From Eledone cirrhosa (Eukaryota): a stretch of DNA of 64,000 bases. Below are positions 30,464 to 43,653 of this stretch, piece after piece. Location: positions 63,984,001 through 64,048,000 of the forward strand of contig OZ024741.1 of assembly GCA_964016885.1 (NCBI GenBank), in the 5' to 3' direction. Every line of letters starts with the position of its first letter. The stretch's first letter is position 1. Under the pieces are notes generated by a model, which did no database searches, was not told the DNA's origin, and was given only the letters and a program-made list of their open reading frames with translations. Made by a program: the position numbers and the translations under genes.

Positions 30464-30776
30464 ATGTTGAAAGTAGGTTTATAAGTAAGAATTTTCGTAC
30501 GTTTTTAGTAGCTGTCTCAGTGGACAAGCGCTAGGTACTAGAGACGGTAGACATCCTCGTCTTGGGTTCAATCCTGGTCGAGAGATACATGTAATCTTTT
30601 TCAGTTTTTATTTTACAATTCGAAGAAAAAATTGAAAAGGTTTATCGGGAACCTTACTCCCGAGCAGGATCGAACTTCCGACCAGGATCACCACCGTCTA
30701 TGATTCCTCCAACTAGGCCGCCGAGAAACTAGAAATGTATGATGAAAATTAATAATTATAAACCTACTTTCAAAAT
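30464..30776. mobile_element. Fold-back element with terminal inverted repeats and a tRNA-like unit in each arm
   Basis: TTGAAAGTAGGTTTATAA / TTATAAACCTACTTTCAA. B-box-like GGTTCAATCC on + and GTTCGATCC on -. Confidence 0.6.
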
Positions 30777-31410
30777 CAAAGTTAAAAAGATGTGGTGTCG
30801 TTCATGGGTTTCCAACAGCTATTACTCATATATAGAATCAACTTGTCAATCTTCTAGCTCTTTGGTAACAACCTTATTATTCCTATGTGTGTTTAACTGT
30901 TGAATTAATTTAATTTGATTATTTTAACAAGCAAATAATTTATACATATATATAGTGGCGGACTGGCTAGGTTGCTAGGTTGCCCAATGGCAGGTGGTCC
31001 CCAGTGGGGCCACGGTAGCATTGCAGCAGTCCGCAGTAGCCTTGCAGGGCCCACTGTAGTATTTTAGGGGCCAATGCTTAGCTTTCAAAAAATACCTGAA
31101 ATAAAATAAACAAAACAATTAAGCAAAGCATTTGGTCAACCAATTCCCCAGACAATTAATAGAACCCAAAATTTATGATAGTGCAGACAGCTGGAACCAG
31201 TAGTTGTACATTCTACTAAATCTAAAGCTTAGTGTATTTATTCATGCATGCAAACATACATATACATAGACACACACACACAAGCATATATATATATATA
31301 TGAATGAAACAGTTCTAATCCTGTAGAAACTTTTCTATATTAAAACATTTATACTCTGCTATGTATTGAGTACCTTACTTACTGTGGTTACACCCGATTC
31401 AACCCCGAAT

Positions 31411-31608
<198 letters not shown>

Positions 31609-31826
31609 TAAGTTAAAATTGTACATCCACATATGTATACTGAAATACTAGTATGCATATGAATACACACGCGTGTACATATGTAGATGTACCGAGTTTT
31701 TCACTGGACACTTTACTGTGAGTGTTCAGCTAGTCTGTATGTAAACACACAGACAAACCGGTTTTTAGAGTCATACTGGTTTTCGAGGAAACACCTTTCC
31801 TCTATTCTCCAGAAAGCCAGACAAGG

Positions 31827-31871
31827 AATATTGGACTAGTTTCGATGTTGTTACATCTCATCAGCAATATT
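31827..31871 (-). ncRNA. Type I hammerhead ribozyme (inverted copy)
   Basis: Reverse complement of 32190-32234. Confidence 0.85.
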
Positions 31872-32189
31872 TACCTATCCTCCGGCCTTTCTAGAGAATC
31901 GTAAAAGCACATATCGTTATATGCTTTTTCTATGAAAATTAGTAGTGGGCAGACTAATTTGCATAGAGCGTGACAATTTTAACTTAATTGTTTAAGCGTC
32001 AGTCATACAAAAGTGAGTTACAAACGAAACGAAATTTAATTTCGTTTCGTTATTTGTTTTTATCGTCTCCGCTGAACCGGTACGTACTCACGCTCTATGC
32101 AAATTAGTCTGCCCACTACTAATTTTCATAGAAAAAGCATATAACGATATGTGCTTTTACGATTCTCTAGAAAGGCCGGAGGATAGGTA

Positions 32190-32234
32190 AATATTGCTGA
32201 TGAGATGTAACAACATCGAAACTAGTCCAATATT
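32190..32234 (+). ncRNA. Type I hammerhead ribozyme, canonical core
   Basis: AATATTG-CTGATGA-GATGT-AACA-ACATC-GAAAC-TA-GTC^-CAATATT: 7-bp stem I, 5-bp stem II, palindromic ACTAGT stem III. Confidence 0.9.
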
Positions 32235-32654
32235 CCTGTCTGGCTTTCTGGAGAATAGAGGAAAGGTGTTTCCTCGAAAACCAGTATGACTCTAAAAACC
32301 GGTTTGTCTGTGTGTTTACATACAGACTAGCTGAACACTCACAGTAAAGTGTCCAGTGAAAAACTCGGTACATCTACATATGTACACGCGTGTGTATTCA
32401 TATGCATACTAGTATTTCAGTATACATATGTGGATGTACAATTTTAACTTAATTGTTTAAGCGTCAGTCATACAAAAGTGAGTTACAAACGAAACGAAAT
32501 TTAATTTCGTTTCGTTATTTGTTTTTATCGTCTCCGCTGAACCGGTACGTACTCACGCTCTATGCAAATTAGTCTGCCCACTACTAATTTTCATAGAAAA
32601 AGCATATAACGATATGTGCTTTTACGATTCTCTAGAAAGGCCGGAGGATAGGTA

Positions 32655-32699
32655 AATATTGCTGATGAGATGTAACAACATCGAAACTAGTCCAATATT
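32655..32699 (+). ncRNA. Type I hammerhead ribozyme, second tandem copy
   Basis: Identical motif 465 bp downstream. Confidence 0.9.
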
Positions 32700-33024
32700 C
32701 CTGTCTGGCTTTCTGGAGAATAGAGGAAAGGTGTTTCCTCGAAAACCAGTATGACTCTAAAAACCGGTTTGTCTGTGTGTTTACATACAGACTAGCTGAA
32801 CACTCACAGTAAAGTGTCCAGTGAAAAACTCGGTACATCTACATATGTACACGCGTGTGTATTCATATGCATACTAGTATTTCAGTATACATATGTGGAT
32901 GTACAATTTTAACTTAATTGTTTAAGCGTCAGTCATACAAAAGTGAGTTACAAACGAAACGAAATTTAATTTCGTTTCGTTATTTGTTTATATATATATG
33001 TATATATATATATATATGTATATA

Positions 33025-33163
33025 TAACGAAGGAATTGTGGTAAGGAACCAGATGGACCATAACGCACCAAAGTACTCAATAATGTGGGTAATAGGAACA
33101 AGTATGTCCAGAAATAACCGTCGAAACGGCTTGAGCTCTGCCGTCGGGGTCATACTTGTTCCT
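33025..33163 (-). repeat. ~140-bp (TA)n-embedded repeat family (other copies 47998-48139, 55766-55957, 59528-59877)
   Basis: Family sequence GGAACRAGTARGACCCCGACGGCTGAGCTCAAGCCGTTTCGACGG..TATTGAGTACTTTGGTGCGTTATGGTCCA. Confidence 0.85.
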
Positions 33164-33960
33164 ATATGTATATATATGTATATATATATATACAGTATTT
33201 ACGTATCGAGAGAGAGAAAAAAAGGGGAGGATAGGTGATACATATAGTTATTTGCCAAGTAGCGTATGCCAAAGGTGCTCGATACTAGTGCCGGCAGTAT
33301 TAAATAGTAGAAGTGTTAATATTTAGTGGGCTAGAGAGTTAGCAGAGCGTAAGCACGTGGAAAATTAAGAAATCGGAGAATAGACCGTTAAACATTTTAT
33401 TTAAAACAACACCTGCGTACGTTTCGCCCAGTTGGGCTTCTCAAGGGCATAAATAACCAAATGTGTTCCTTACATTGCTCGAAAAGAGTTTTGGGGGTTA
33501 AATTCACGTCAAGGTTCATTGCTCGCAAAAATAGCCTGTTTTGATTTTGCAGCAGGTCAAGGGAGGTAACTCTGGTCGGTCTTAGGGCAGTCTTTCCCGG
33601 ACAAAGTTTTATCCGTTACAAGATGAGGTTACAACCTTACCATTGTCGATACGCACAGGGTCATGTAACCAATGCTTATTTTGAGACGTTTGTTCGCCGC
33701 ACCTGTTTGTCTGGGTCGTTTGAGGCTGGGTCTGGTATGCATGGTTAGTTTCCTGGGTGTTATTTTGCAGCGCCTGCCCACTGGGGTGTTAAAACTTGTT
33801 GCAGGGAGATCCGGTGGACGGTTTCACTCCTCATCCTTAACCCATCTGAAGAAGGATATTTTTAAGCGATGTGTACAACTTATCGCAGTTTCAGCTCTGC
33901 TGTTGATGAGCTCGTGGGGTGCAGTTATGATGTGGTAGAGCTCCATATATATATATATAT

Positions 33961-34436
33961 ATATACTATAAAGTAAAGTATGTCCATAGAATCATTTGAT
34001 AATATATATACAGCATTTCCTCTCCCAATTAGCATAATTAACCACACAAAAAATCAATTCGACCAGGCTATAAGATTAAAAGGCACCTATGAAGAAACAG
34101 TAAATAAATAAACAATAGCAGCCTCTTCGCGGCCAACCGCTACAGAATGTTTACCCAACATTTCAACAGCTTTAATTGTATACCTAATTGTGTATGGTTG
34201 ACCGTATATTTAATTAATTTCCACGTGCTGTTGAAATGTTGGGTAAATATTCTCTAGCGGTTGGCCGCGAAGAGGCTGCTATTGTTTATTTATTTACTGT
34301 TTCTTGATAGGTGCCTTTTAATCTTATAGCCGGGTCTAATTGATTTTTTGTGTGGTTAGTTATGCTAATTGGGAGAGGACATGATGTATATATTTTATCA
34401 AATGATTCTATGGACATACTTTACTTTATAGTATAT
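33961..34436. repeat. Fold-back element, ~210-bp arms with a ~56-bp spacer; single-arm relative at 56100-56300
   Basis: 33961-34170 is inverted relative to 34227-34436. TTTCCTCTCCCAATTAGCATAATTAAC is shared with about 56147. Confidence 0.85.
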
Positions 34437-34539
34437 TGCTCTGATTATTTAATTTATTAATTCATAATTGAGCCACATCGTGAATGGTTGCCAAAACACA
34501 TATATATCTATGACTTTGTTTAATTGGTGTATATGTAAA

Positions 34540-34604
<65 letters not shown>

Positions 34605-35023
34605 TTACACATACACACGAACTACTGACCAAACAATGTTTGGTACCAATGGGTTAAAGACATATGTCACATCAATTAGAGTATATATTTGTATGTACAA
34701 ACACACACACACATATATATATATATACATATATATATAAATGTATATAACCACATGTACATGCACACATATACACACACTCCCATATATATATACATAC
34801 ATATATATATATAATATATATATATATATTGAGTGAGTGAGTGTGAAAGAGCAAACGTCATTATTGGAAGTCTCTGAATTTCGCAAAATAGATATTTTTT
34901 TATTGGAGAAGGTAAGATATTTTTGTGCAAAACGTTGATTGCACTGTTTTGTTATCACTTATGTATTTTTGAAAATGTTATTTATTCATTATAAGAATTA
35001 AATGATAGCATTATATATGTAGG

Positions 35024-35207
35024 TCGATTGGTAGTATCAGTAGAGGGTCGGACGCCATGCTTTGACGCATGGAGTTACGGCCCTTGCCATTCTGAGTTCA
35101 AATCGCGCCAAGTTTAACTTTGTCTTTCATCCTTACCGGGTCGATAAAATAAAGTACCAGTAATGTACTGGGTAATTGCTGCCTTGTGCCAAAAGTAGAA
35201 ACAATTA
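35024..35207 (+). mobile_element. SINE with target-site duplication
   Basis: ATTATATATGTAGG precedes and follows the copy. Confidence 0.9.
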
Positions 35208-35469
35208 TATATGTAGGTGGGCTCCCTTCATCTCCAGGCAATCAATATTTTTAAACCCAGTCCGCCACTGTATATTTATATATACTGTGTAGGTGCGTAC
35301 CGATAGAGGCAGTTCTCCAATTAGAACACTCAATGCAGTTCGAAAGCCTGTCACCTGTATGGCTTATATTTCCGTGTAGCTAAGGGCATTCGGGTATATA
35401 TGTGCAGAATACATTCATAGTGATGAATGTATTCTGCACATATAAATCCGAGCATCTGTAGGGCTGTCG

Positions 35470-35632
35470 ATATACACACTTTATTCAAATATGACAACTG
35501 TTTCGGACAACTGTTTCGATGTCGATCAGCTCAAGGTGCTATCATGATGACCGAGTCAGGCCTCGGTCATCATGATAGCACCTTGAGCTGATCGACATCG
35601 AAACAGTTGTCATATTTGAATAAAGTGTGTAT
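35470..35632. repeat. Near-perfect palindrome carrying GAAACAGTTGTC..AATAAA in each arm
   Basis: Loop TCAGGC at about 35556; one arm has a 12-bp duplication. A smaller palindrome lies at 35396-35444. Confidence 0.85.
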
Positions 35633-36169
35633 ATTCTTCAACCTTGAATAGATTTTTTATAGCATTTCCATTATTATCACCATTCAACCATTCCTTTCAA
35701 AGGGTCATGACCTCAACTAAAGTGAATTATTTTTCATCTTAACGTCATATGGAAAAAAACAATCTGATTGGTTAGTTCTTCAACTACCTCCAAACAAGGT
35801 CATAGAACTAAACATACTACTAATTTACTACTAATTTTGAATAAAATTATTATTGCTTTTGACAACAGCTGGTGATATGAATGTAAGTAAATATTCTCCT
35901 TATTTGATATTTTGTAACTAACCTTACATAGATCGATAACGAGGTATAGTTACGATGTATTATCATCACCTAGAAACGATCGTAAAGCAGTGAAGTATAT
36001 TTATAATGACTTGATTTTTTATTTCATTGTTTTAACATATATCATGACTCTGTTTTCCTTTTAATGTTTTATTGTTTTCCGGGATTTATTTTAACCTACA
36101 ACATTTTCAACATACGGATTACATTGAGTTCTTCATGCAGACTAGACCCCACAACTTACCGTGGATATC

Positions 36170-36215
<46 letters not shown>

Positions 36216-36563
36216 ATGCATATATCTAATGAGTTAAGGCACGAAAACAAATTCGTCCAATATCACGTAATGTGCTGCACTAATTATAAGTGGTTCTATA
36301 CAGATGTTTAGGTCCTTAATATCTACCATACTACCCCAGTAACGTGCGCACGCACATGCATGCGTTTGTGTATGCATGCGTTGTTCATGTATGTACGTGT
36401 GCGTGTGTGTGTATGTGTGTGTATATGTATATATGTGCGTGTGTGTGTGTGTGTGTGTATATGCGTGTGTCCATAAGTGTGTAAATATATATAGAGGTAT
36501 CTATTGGAAAATAGAAATCAAGTTATAAATGTTTGTATGCAAATATGTTTGAGTATGTATTAC

Positions 36564-36628
<65 letters not shown>

Positions 36629-36654
36629 TAGATATATAGATAGATAGATATATA

Positions 36655-36694
<40 letters not shown>

Positions 36695-36736
36695 TGTGTG
36701 TGTGTGTGTGTGTGCGTGTGCGCGTGTGTGTGTGTG

Positions 36737-36774
<38 letters not shown>

Positions 36775-37179
36775 TGTGTGTGTGTGTGCGTGTGTGTATG
36801 TAATTGTCTGTGTGTAATTATGTATTTGCCGAGAAACTTTACAAACATATTTGTAACTCCATCAATAATGACGACAATGAGTTCATAACAATGAACACAA
36901 TTTTCTTTACAACGTAATTGATACAATAAACTATATACATGATTAAGTTGATGTATTTATGAATTGTACCAAAGAAACACAAGGATTGTTTTGTATTCTT
37001 AATAATGGATGAGCAGAATCGATAGTGGGTTGGCTAATACTTTTTGCGGTATTCAATCACGGCCCTATACATTCTGAGTTCAAATTTGCCTCATACCCGT
37101 GCGTAGCCGATAAAATATAATACCGCTTGTGTACATGAGGTCATTTATATTCTGTATCACATGGAATCATAATAAAACA

Positions 37180-37333
37180 TCGTATTTCCCGGCGTCGAAG
37201 ACAGTACTTATTTCCTAAAATAAATCTCAAAAATCTACCATGCGTCCTGAAGGCCGAAGGTTGTTTATTATTTTTTTTCAAATTTTTGCTTGCCAAAATT
37301 AGGGGGCGTACTCTTTGGCACCGGGAAAAACGG
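37180..37333. mobile_element. Tc1/mariner-pogo-type MITE
   Basis: Termini CGTATTTCCCGG ... CCGGGAAAAACGG, followed by TA. Confidence 0.6.
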
Positions 37334-37552
37334 TACTAAGACTAACCACTTCGTTAAGCTTAACCACTGATCAACAAGACAGTCTCTATGCTCTCCCTCT
37401 AAAAGATACGATGGTGTAAATTCAAAATCAAAATGAAGAAGAGACATAGAAGCGCAAACATCGTCATTGAGAACATCACACGTGTGACAGACCTTTGACA
37501 AATAAATATAACATTCGATTACTAAACAAATCAAGAAATAGATTAGTTAACT

Positions 37553-37941
37553 AATAATTGTTTCTACTTTAGGCACAAGGCCAGCAATTACCCAGTGCAT
37601 TACTGGTACTTTATTTTATCGACCCCGTAAGGATGAAAGGCAAAGTTAACCTGGGCGGGATTTGAACTCAGAATGGCAAGGACCGTAACTCTATGCGTCA
37701 AAGCATGGCGTCCGACCCTCTACCGATACTGCCAATCCACCGGTTCCTGGTTCAGGCAAAAGGCCAATAATTTAGGGGGAAAGACAAAGTCGATTAAATT
37801 GACCCCAGTGTATTGCTGGTGTTTTATTTCATCGACCCTGCAAAGCTAATCTTGGCGCGATTTGAATTCATAACGTAATGGGTCATACCTCTATGCCACT
37901 AAGCATATTGTCCGACACTCTACCAATTTTGCTAATCCACC
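37553..37941 (-). mobile_element. Young SINE (37553-37742) next to an older SINE (37752-37941)
   Basis: Both have GATTTGAA(C/T)TCA and TTTWTCGACCC cores. Confidence 0.85.
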
Positions 37942-38413
37942 TCCTCTCAGTTAAATAACTAATAATGAAACCGAAGTGAAACGCCATTGGTGCGTGTGTG
38001 TTTGTGTATGTGTGCGTGCGTGCGCATATATATACTAAAAGTTAAGACTGGTTTGTGTGATTACATAATCATTTTATTGCGCGCATTTCAGTAACACAAG
38101 CAGGTGTGACATCATATACTTACAAACAGTTATATATGGAAATTCATAAGAAAAAATAAAGTTATTGATACGCATCTATCACTGACATACTCATATAGGT
38201 ATGTACGAAACTAATAACACTTTGTGTTATTGTAACTCTGTGTTCGTCTTGTTTATTTTGAAGTATATGTATATATATATATATATAATCTGAGTGTTTC
38301 GAATATTGATAATAATATTCGATTCGTTGGCAATTATGCAAACATCCTCTTTTAAGCCATGTCAGTAGAATGAGTCCCTCGTTCTTGCTCTTGTGTTGGC
38401 ATGTAAACAGAAC

Positions 38414-38453
38414 TGCAGACACTGCTTCTGGGTGATTACCCTTCATCAGTGCA
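38414..38453 (-). ncRNA. Hammerhead relic inside an inverted repeat (38286-38342 / 38495-38550)
   Basis: Minus strand: TGCA-CTGATGA-AGGGT-AATC-ACCCA-GAAGC-AGT-GTC^-TGCA, with GAAA mutated to GAAG. Confidence 0.55.
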
Positions 38454-39118
38454 TTTTACTGTTCACCTGCCAACTGTCAGAGCTAGTAAAAATATTGCAT
38501 AATTGCAAACGAATCGAATATTATTATTAATATTCGAAAACCTCAAATTACATTTATTGTATTCAGCCTTGTAGGGCGATAACCTTTTGTTATTATATAT
38601 ATATGTGTGTGCGTAACTATAGTGGAATAATCCACTATTATTTTAGTAAGGTACTTCTATCTCAATGCCTTATTAAAGTCGACATCATGCAGGAATCCAA
38701 GTTAAACATGTACTCCAAAGGATTAGGTCACTTGTAGTTGAAGACGGTAAAAGCCGCAGGGCATAAATACTTAATCCAAAGTTGCTATTTAAATTCCCTC
38801 CTTAATTTCGACAATTGTTTCTATGGAGATAAATGTACTACCAGTACATAGAATTAATCAATTAATCAGATAAATAATTAATAATTTAAATGGCACTTAA
38901 GCAAAAATCCCATTTTATCAGGAAAAAAATAAATAGATACATAAAATGAATTGTTTAAACAATAAATACTCTTATCAAATATAAATACTCTTATTTCACT
39001 AATTCTATTTTGTATCTTCACCAAAGGTCTTTTGTCTAACTTAACCTTATTTTACCACCACGAGGTGTCACTTAATCATTCTTTCTTTATCCTATCATAA
39101 AATTGTACTTCTTTTCTT

Positions 39119-39940
39119 TTTCTTCTTCTTCGCCCATTTATTCCTGAGAGGGTTGTGGGAGCAGAGACCTCCAACACTCCTCTCAGCGGGTCCTGTCAGA
39201 AACGATCGTCTCCAACTGATCCGGCTGGATCCCCAACCGTGTTATCCAACCATCTTGCTCGGGGTCTACCCCTGGGTCTCCTGCCGGTTGGTTTGGCCCG
39301 TAAAATCTGTCCACCGATTCTTTTCTGATATATTCTAACCACATACCCATAGTATTGGAGCTGTGATCTCTCAATTCAGAGAAGTAGTGGCTCTGCCTGG
39401 AGTGACACTCTGATCTCCGAGTTACGCTGTTTATCAAGTAACTTCATTCCAAAGACCCTTCGGAGGAATTCCATTTTGGCGGCTTGTATTCTCGATCGCA
39501 TTCTTTTGGTCATTACCCAAGATTAATGACCATAGGTAAAGATTAGCACGAAAACCGAATTGAAGGTAGCAGGTTTGGCTTTTACGCCTACCTCCCTTCT
39601 TCTGATTACTGAATACTGAAGCTGGCGCATTACTGTACCAGCTTTTGCAGTTCTTACACTTAATTCAGCTTTCTGTCTTCCATCACTTATGAACACGGCC
39701 CCGAGATACTTGAACTTCTCTACCTACTTCAGTGGAACTCCATTCACGTGTAGAGTGCACTGCGCAGGGTTCCTTGAGAGGACGAGTGTCTCAGTTTTTG
39801 CAGCACTGATTCTCATTCCAGCCATGCAGCACTCGGCATCAAACCTATCTAGTGCAAGTCGAAGATCATCTTCTGTCGAGTTAAGTAACACCATGTCGTC
39901 TGCAAATTCCAGCCGACTGATTTTACACCCAGCGTCATTG
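39119..39940 (-). mobile_element. RTE-clade LINE, 5'-truncated
   Basis: LEFADDMVLL..GMRISAAKTE..FKYLG..TYGH.SWVMT..RRPRGRPRTRWLD, with a (GAA)n tail. Confidence 0.9.
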
Positions 39941-40480
39941 TTTCTCATTTGTAAAATACACCCACCATCACCAACATTATATTGCTTTTTCAACAATAAT
40001 ATACAAATATATAAATACTTCATCACTTTAATCTTATTTTGTTTCTTCATCAATTGTCATTTAGGTAATTTAGGTCATTTACGTCAACCCTAACTGACTC
40101 TGACCATCAGAACAAAACCCCCAATATCATTCTCTCTCAGTCACTCTTTTGTCTTCGTTTTCACTTTCCTATAAAAGAAATGACGTGCCCTATTTTGATT
40201 TACACTTCTTCATTTGCTCTACTCCCAGACCCCTATTCCTCTCTCTATATATATATATACTATATAATCAACATACAACAATAGACCAGTTTGACAATCG
40301 CCACCGAATTCGAGAAAGTTCCCCCAGAAAGTTAACAAGGACAAGTTTTCCAAGGGATATCTTATTGTAGCAAGGGATATCCTTCATTTTCCACTATATA
40401 TAGACTAGAGCTGGCTGTTGAAACAGCAAGAGCTCAGCCGTAGAGCTCCGACTTTTTCTTATATATATGTATATATATAT

Positions 40481-40517
<37 letters not shown>

Positions 40518-41668
40518 CGAAAAGACAGAGAGAGAGAAATAGAGAGACGAGAGAGAAAGAGAGAGGAGATAGTAGGAGAGAGACAGACTGACAGACAGAG
40601 ATAGACAGACAGACCGACAAACAGGTGGAGATGTTGTGAAAAGCATTTACCAAAACATGTGCGTAGAACTTCAATTACATCTAAACATATTTACATTCTA
40701 CACAAATACTTTTTGTTTTAACTCGTTATTGTAATATAATGTTAACAATAACATTATGGCTCTTATAAATTCGTATTGTGAATCCAATGTGTTATGTATT
40801 ACATGAATTCCTTGTATTCTTTGTCTAAAATAAACATTAATTAGCAGCTTTGTTTTCGTCGTTGATCACTATTATCGATACCAATGCTTTGGGGAAATTG
40901 CTTTCTTATCATCAGCGCAACAATCGACTAACACAACGTTTCGACTAAAAATGAATAACATGCAGTAATTCTGATTTCGTATGAAGTCGCCGTTTCTTGC
41001 CGACTAAAATTCTCAGAGGAGAGAATATGTGTTGAATATACTATCTTCATGTAAAATAATTAATTAATTAACGATAATTGAAAACATTCCCGATTTTTTT
41101 TATTCAGATCAAAGTGTTGCGATAATTAGAATCATTATTTGATTCTTGCATTTATTTTAACCAGTAAATTTAGTTTAATTACTGTAGGCCTACTCAAAAT
41201 TATTCTGAAAAATTACTATTTGCATTAATTTAGAGTAATATACAAATACAGATTCCCACGTTGAAACCAGTTGATGCAAGTTAAAGTAATTTAGAATATA
41301 TTACTTACACTATGTTAAAATATAAAAAGGTCAACATTGTCTGGAAATTTGGAATATAAATGAGATATAATTATATAAACGATACTTAGTTATATATTGA
41401 CTGGGTTATATATTGATGTAGTAAAGTGGGTATTGAAAGAATAGTGTAAGATGAATTGGAGAAGATTGACTACGTTATGGGTTAAAATAACTAGACACTA
41501 AAATAAGAATGAGAAGAATGTGGATGTAAAATAAATAAGAAATATAACAGTAATAAATCTATACAAAATAGTAATTTAAAAAAGGAAAAAATATATAGAA
41601 GAAACAAATAAACAAACGGTAATTGTATAAAACTAGTTGCTCCAGTCCACTTGGTTGAAAATGTGTAC

Positions 41669-41792
41669 CAACTGAGTTAGCCCTAGGATGGACTGGCATC
41701 CTATCCAGGGGGAAGTATTGTACTCCCTGGCGCTTAATGTATATGAAACCGGGAAAGTACCGATCTCATGAATTTACTGGCTTGGAACAGAC
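41669..41792 (+). mobile_element. Fragment of a second SINE family
   Basis: CCTAGGATGGACTGGCATCCTATCCAGGGGGAAGTA..GAAACCGGG resembles a widespread invertebrate SINE central domain. Confidence 0.55.
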
Positions 41793-42354
41793 TTTAACTT
41801 TTAAACTGTATATAAATGACCGCATAAAAATACAGAACAAATGAACTCATGTTAAGATATTTGGTGTAGAATACAGTTTTTAAATGTTTATATGTTTTGA
41901 AATTTTTACGGCTGCAAGAAATTAACTTCTCAGAGCGTCTTCTAAGTAAAATGTTCCTGATAAATTGAATTTCAATAGCCTCTACTAAGTGGAATCCAGA
42001 CGATTTCCAGTCACCTATATACAATTTAGCCTTCGTTGGGATGTAGTCTTGCTCGGGTTGTATGGTGTATTCATTTATTAATTCTTCAGATCCCGTATAT
42101 AAGTGATCGAAAATTTTGTCTGAAAATTATGTTGTTGATACTTCACGTTGTAAAAATAACCAGAACATTTGGCTGTATTCACTTTGCACTCATGCAGAGT
42201 TTCTTTAGGCAAACAGTTGGAGCTTAAATTGCTCAAGGAGGCATGTGTATATTAGAATTACATTTATGGTGAAGTTCGGGCAAGTTTTGTTATGTGAAAT
42301 TATGAGTTGTTGAGTAAGAAATTTGAATTGAACTTATTGAATTATGTTATCATA

Positions 42355-42645
42355 TCTATGTTCTGAACACTTGGATCCGACAAAAAACTGAAATCAGCGA
42401 CATAATAACAACCATCAAGACGAACAAACACAAATAGGCTGGCCACATCGCAACTCAGTGACAATAGATGGATGATCAGAGTGACAGAGTGGAAATCAAG
42501 AAAATGGACAAGATCAAAAGGACGTCCAAGGAGAAGATGGTGATACGACATCACCAATCACCTGGGACCCTCATGGTCAAGACTGGTAAGGGACAAAAGT
42601 CGGTGGAAGGAGTCCAGGGAGGGGTTCCCCCTACGTGAGTGATTT
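42355..42645 (+). mobile_element. RTE-type LINE 3' tail
   Basis: AGHIA..DNRWMIRVTEW..RSKGRPRRRW..W.RLVRDKSRWK. Confidence 0.75.
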
Positions 42646-42721
42646 CAAGACCCCGAATCAAGGATTTATGTTATGGTGGAAAATGTTTTTAAGGAGAAGA
42701 GTTTTTTTTTCTAGATTATGT

Positions 42722-42901
42722 CAGACCTGTCAACGGGGAGATCTCCCACCCACTTTGAGGTGAGTGAGGGATGTATCTCTTGTGAAAATGGGTATTGCTT
42801 TCATTATGTAAAATCTTCCTCTTTCGCCTCATTTCTCCCCGTTTGGGGGCACTTTTTTTCATGGTACTCTTCGTTTGGGTTTTTAGAAGTTGGCATATCC
42901 T
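42722..42901. mobile_element. MITE with a 6-bp TSD (TTATGT)
   Basis: CAGACCTGTCAAC ... GTTGGCATATCCT, flanked by TTATGT on both sides. Confidence 0.7.
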
Positions 42902-43477
42902 TTATGTGTTGGAATAAACAATGTTATGTTGATTTGCATATTTTTCCCATTAACTGGGGAGTTTCAATACATATAATTTTCTCATTAGATATTTCTGTTT
43001 TTTGATGGCAGCATGAGAATTGCAAAAGAGTGAGGTGTCATGATTCTGGTCACATTGGTGAATAAATAGACGTCCCCAAGCTGGCGTTTATGTAATGTGA
43101 TATGCCTGATAATATTCCTTAAATATTAATGCCCTCATCCACTTAGCTGTAAATTTATATTATTTTGAGATAATAGCTCTAATGTATTTGGATTGTAGCT
43201 GTGATGGTTATGACGTAATTAGTGAGGAAATGCATCTCGATAATTATTGCAACACTCTTATCAAATATATTGATGTTCATAATTCTTCAATAAACTGGTA
43301 TTGTATCCAACTGAAGAAATATCTGTAAATGTATTAACACTTTTAAAACTGGGACAATAACAGTTCTTCACGACATATTACCAGTAAATAAACATTTTAT
43401 AAAAAGAAAAAACTTTTGAATAAATACAAAGCTATTTTTGTCTGTGACTTTATTTTCTAGTATTGTTTTAGCTACAT

Positions 43478-43653
43478 CAGACATGCCAACCTCTAAAAGC
43501 CCAAACGAAAAAAAGTGCCCCAAAACGGAGAAAAAGGAGGCAAAATGTTTACATAATGAAAGCAATACCCATTTTCACAAGAGGAGACATCTCTCAGCCA
43601 CCCTAAAGTCGATGGGAAATCTCCTCGTTGGATGGAGAGAGTTGACAGGTCTG
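43478..43653. mobile_element. Second copy of the same MITE in opposite orientation, 6-bp TSD (CTACAT)
   Basis: CAGACATGCCAAC ... GTTGACAGGTCTG, flanked by CTACAT. Confidence 0.75.

Noticed and set aside
32167-32838. Duplicated 68-aa ORF (MYRVFHW...)
   Set aside because: It is antisense to the ribozyme strand, has no recognisable motif, and is frameshifted in the third (inverted) copy.
31973-32989. CRISPR-like array
   Set aside because: Whole units are identical with no unique spacers, there are no cas genes, and the context is eukaryotic.
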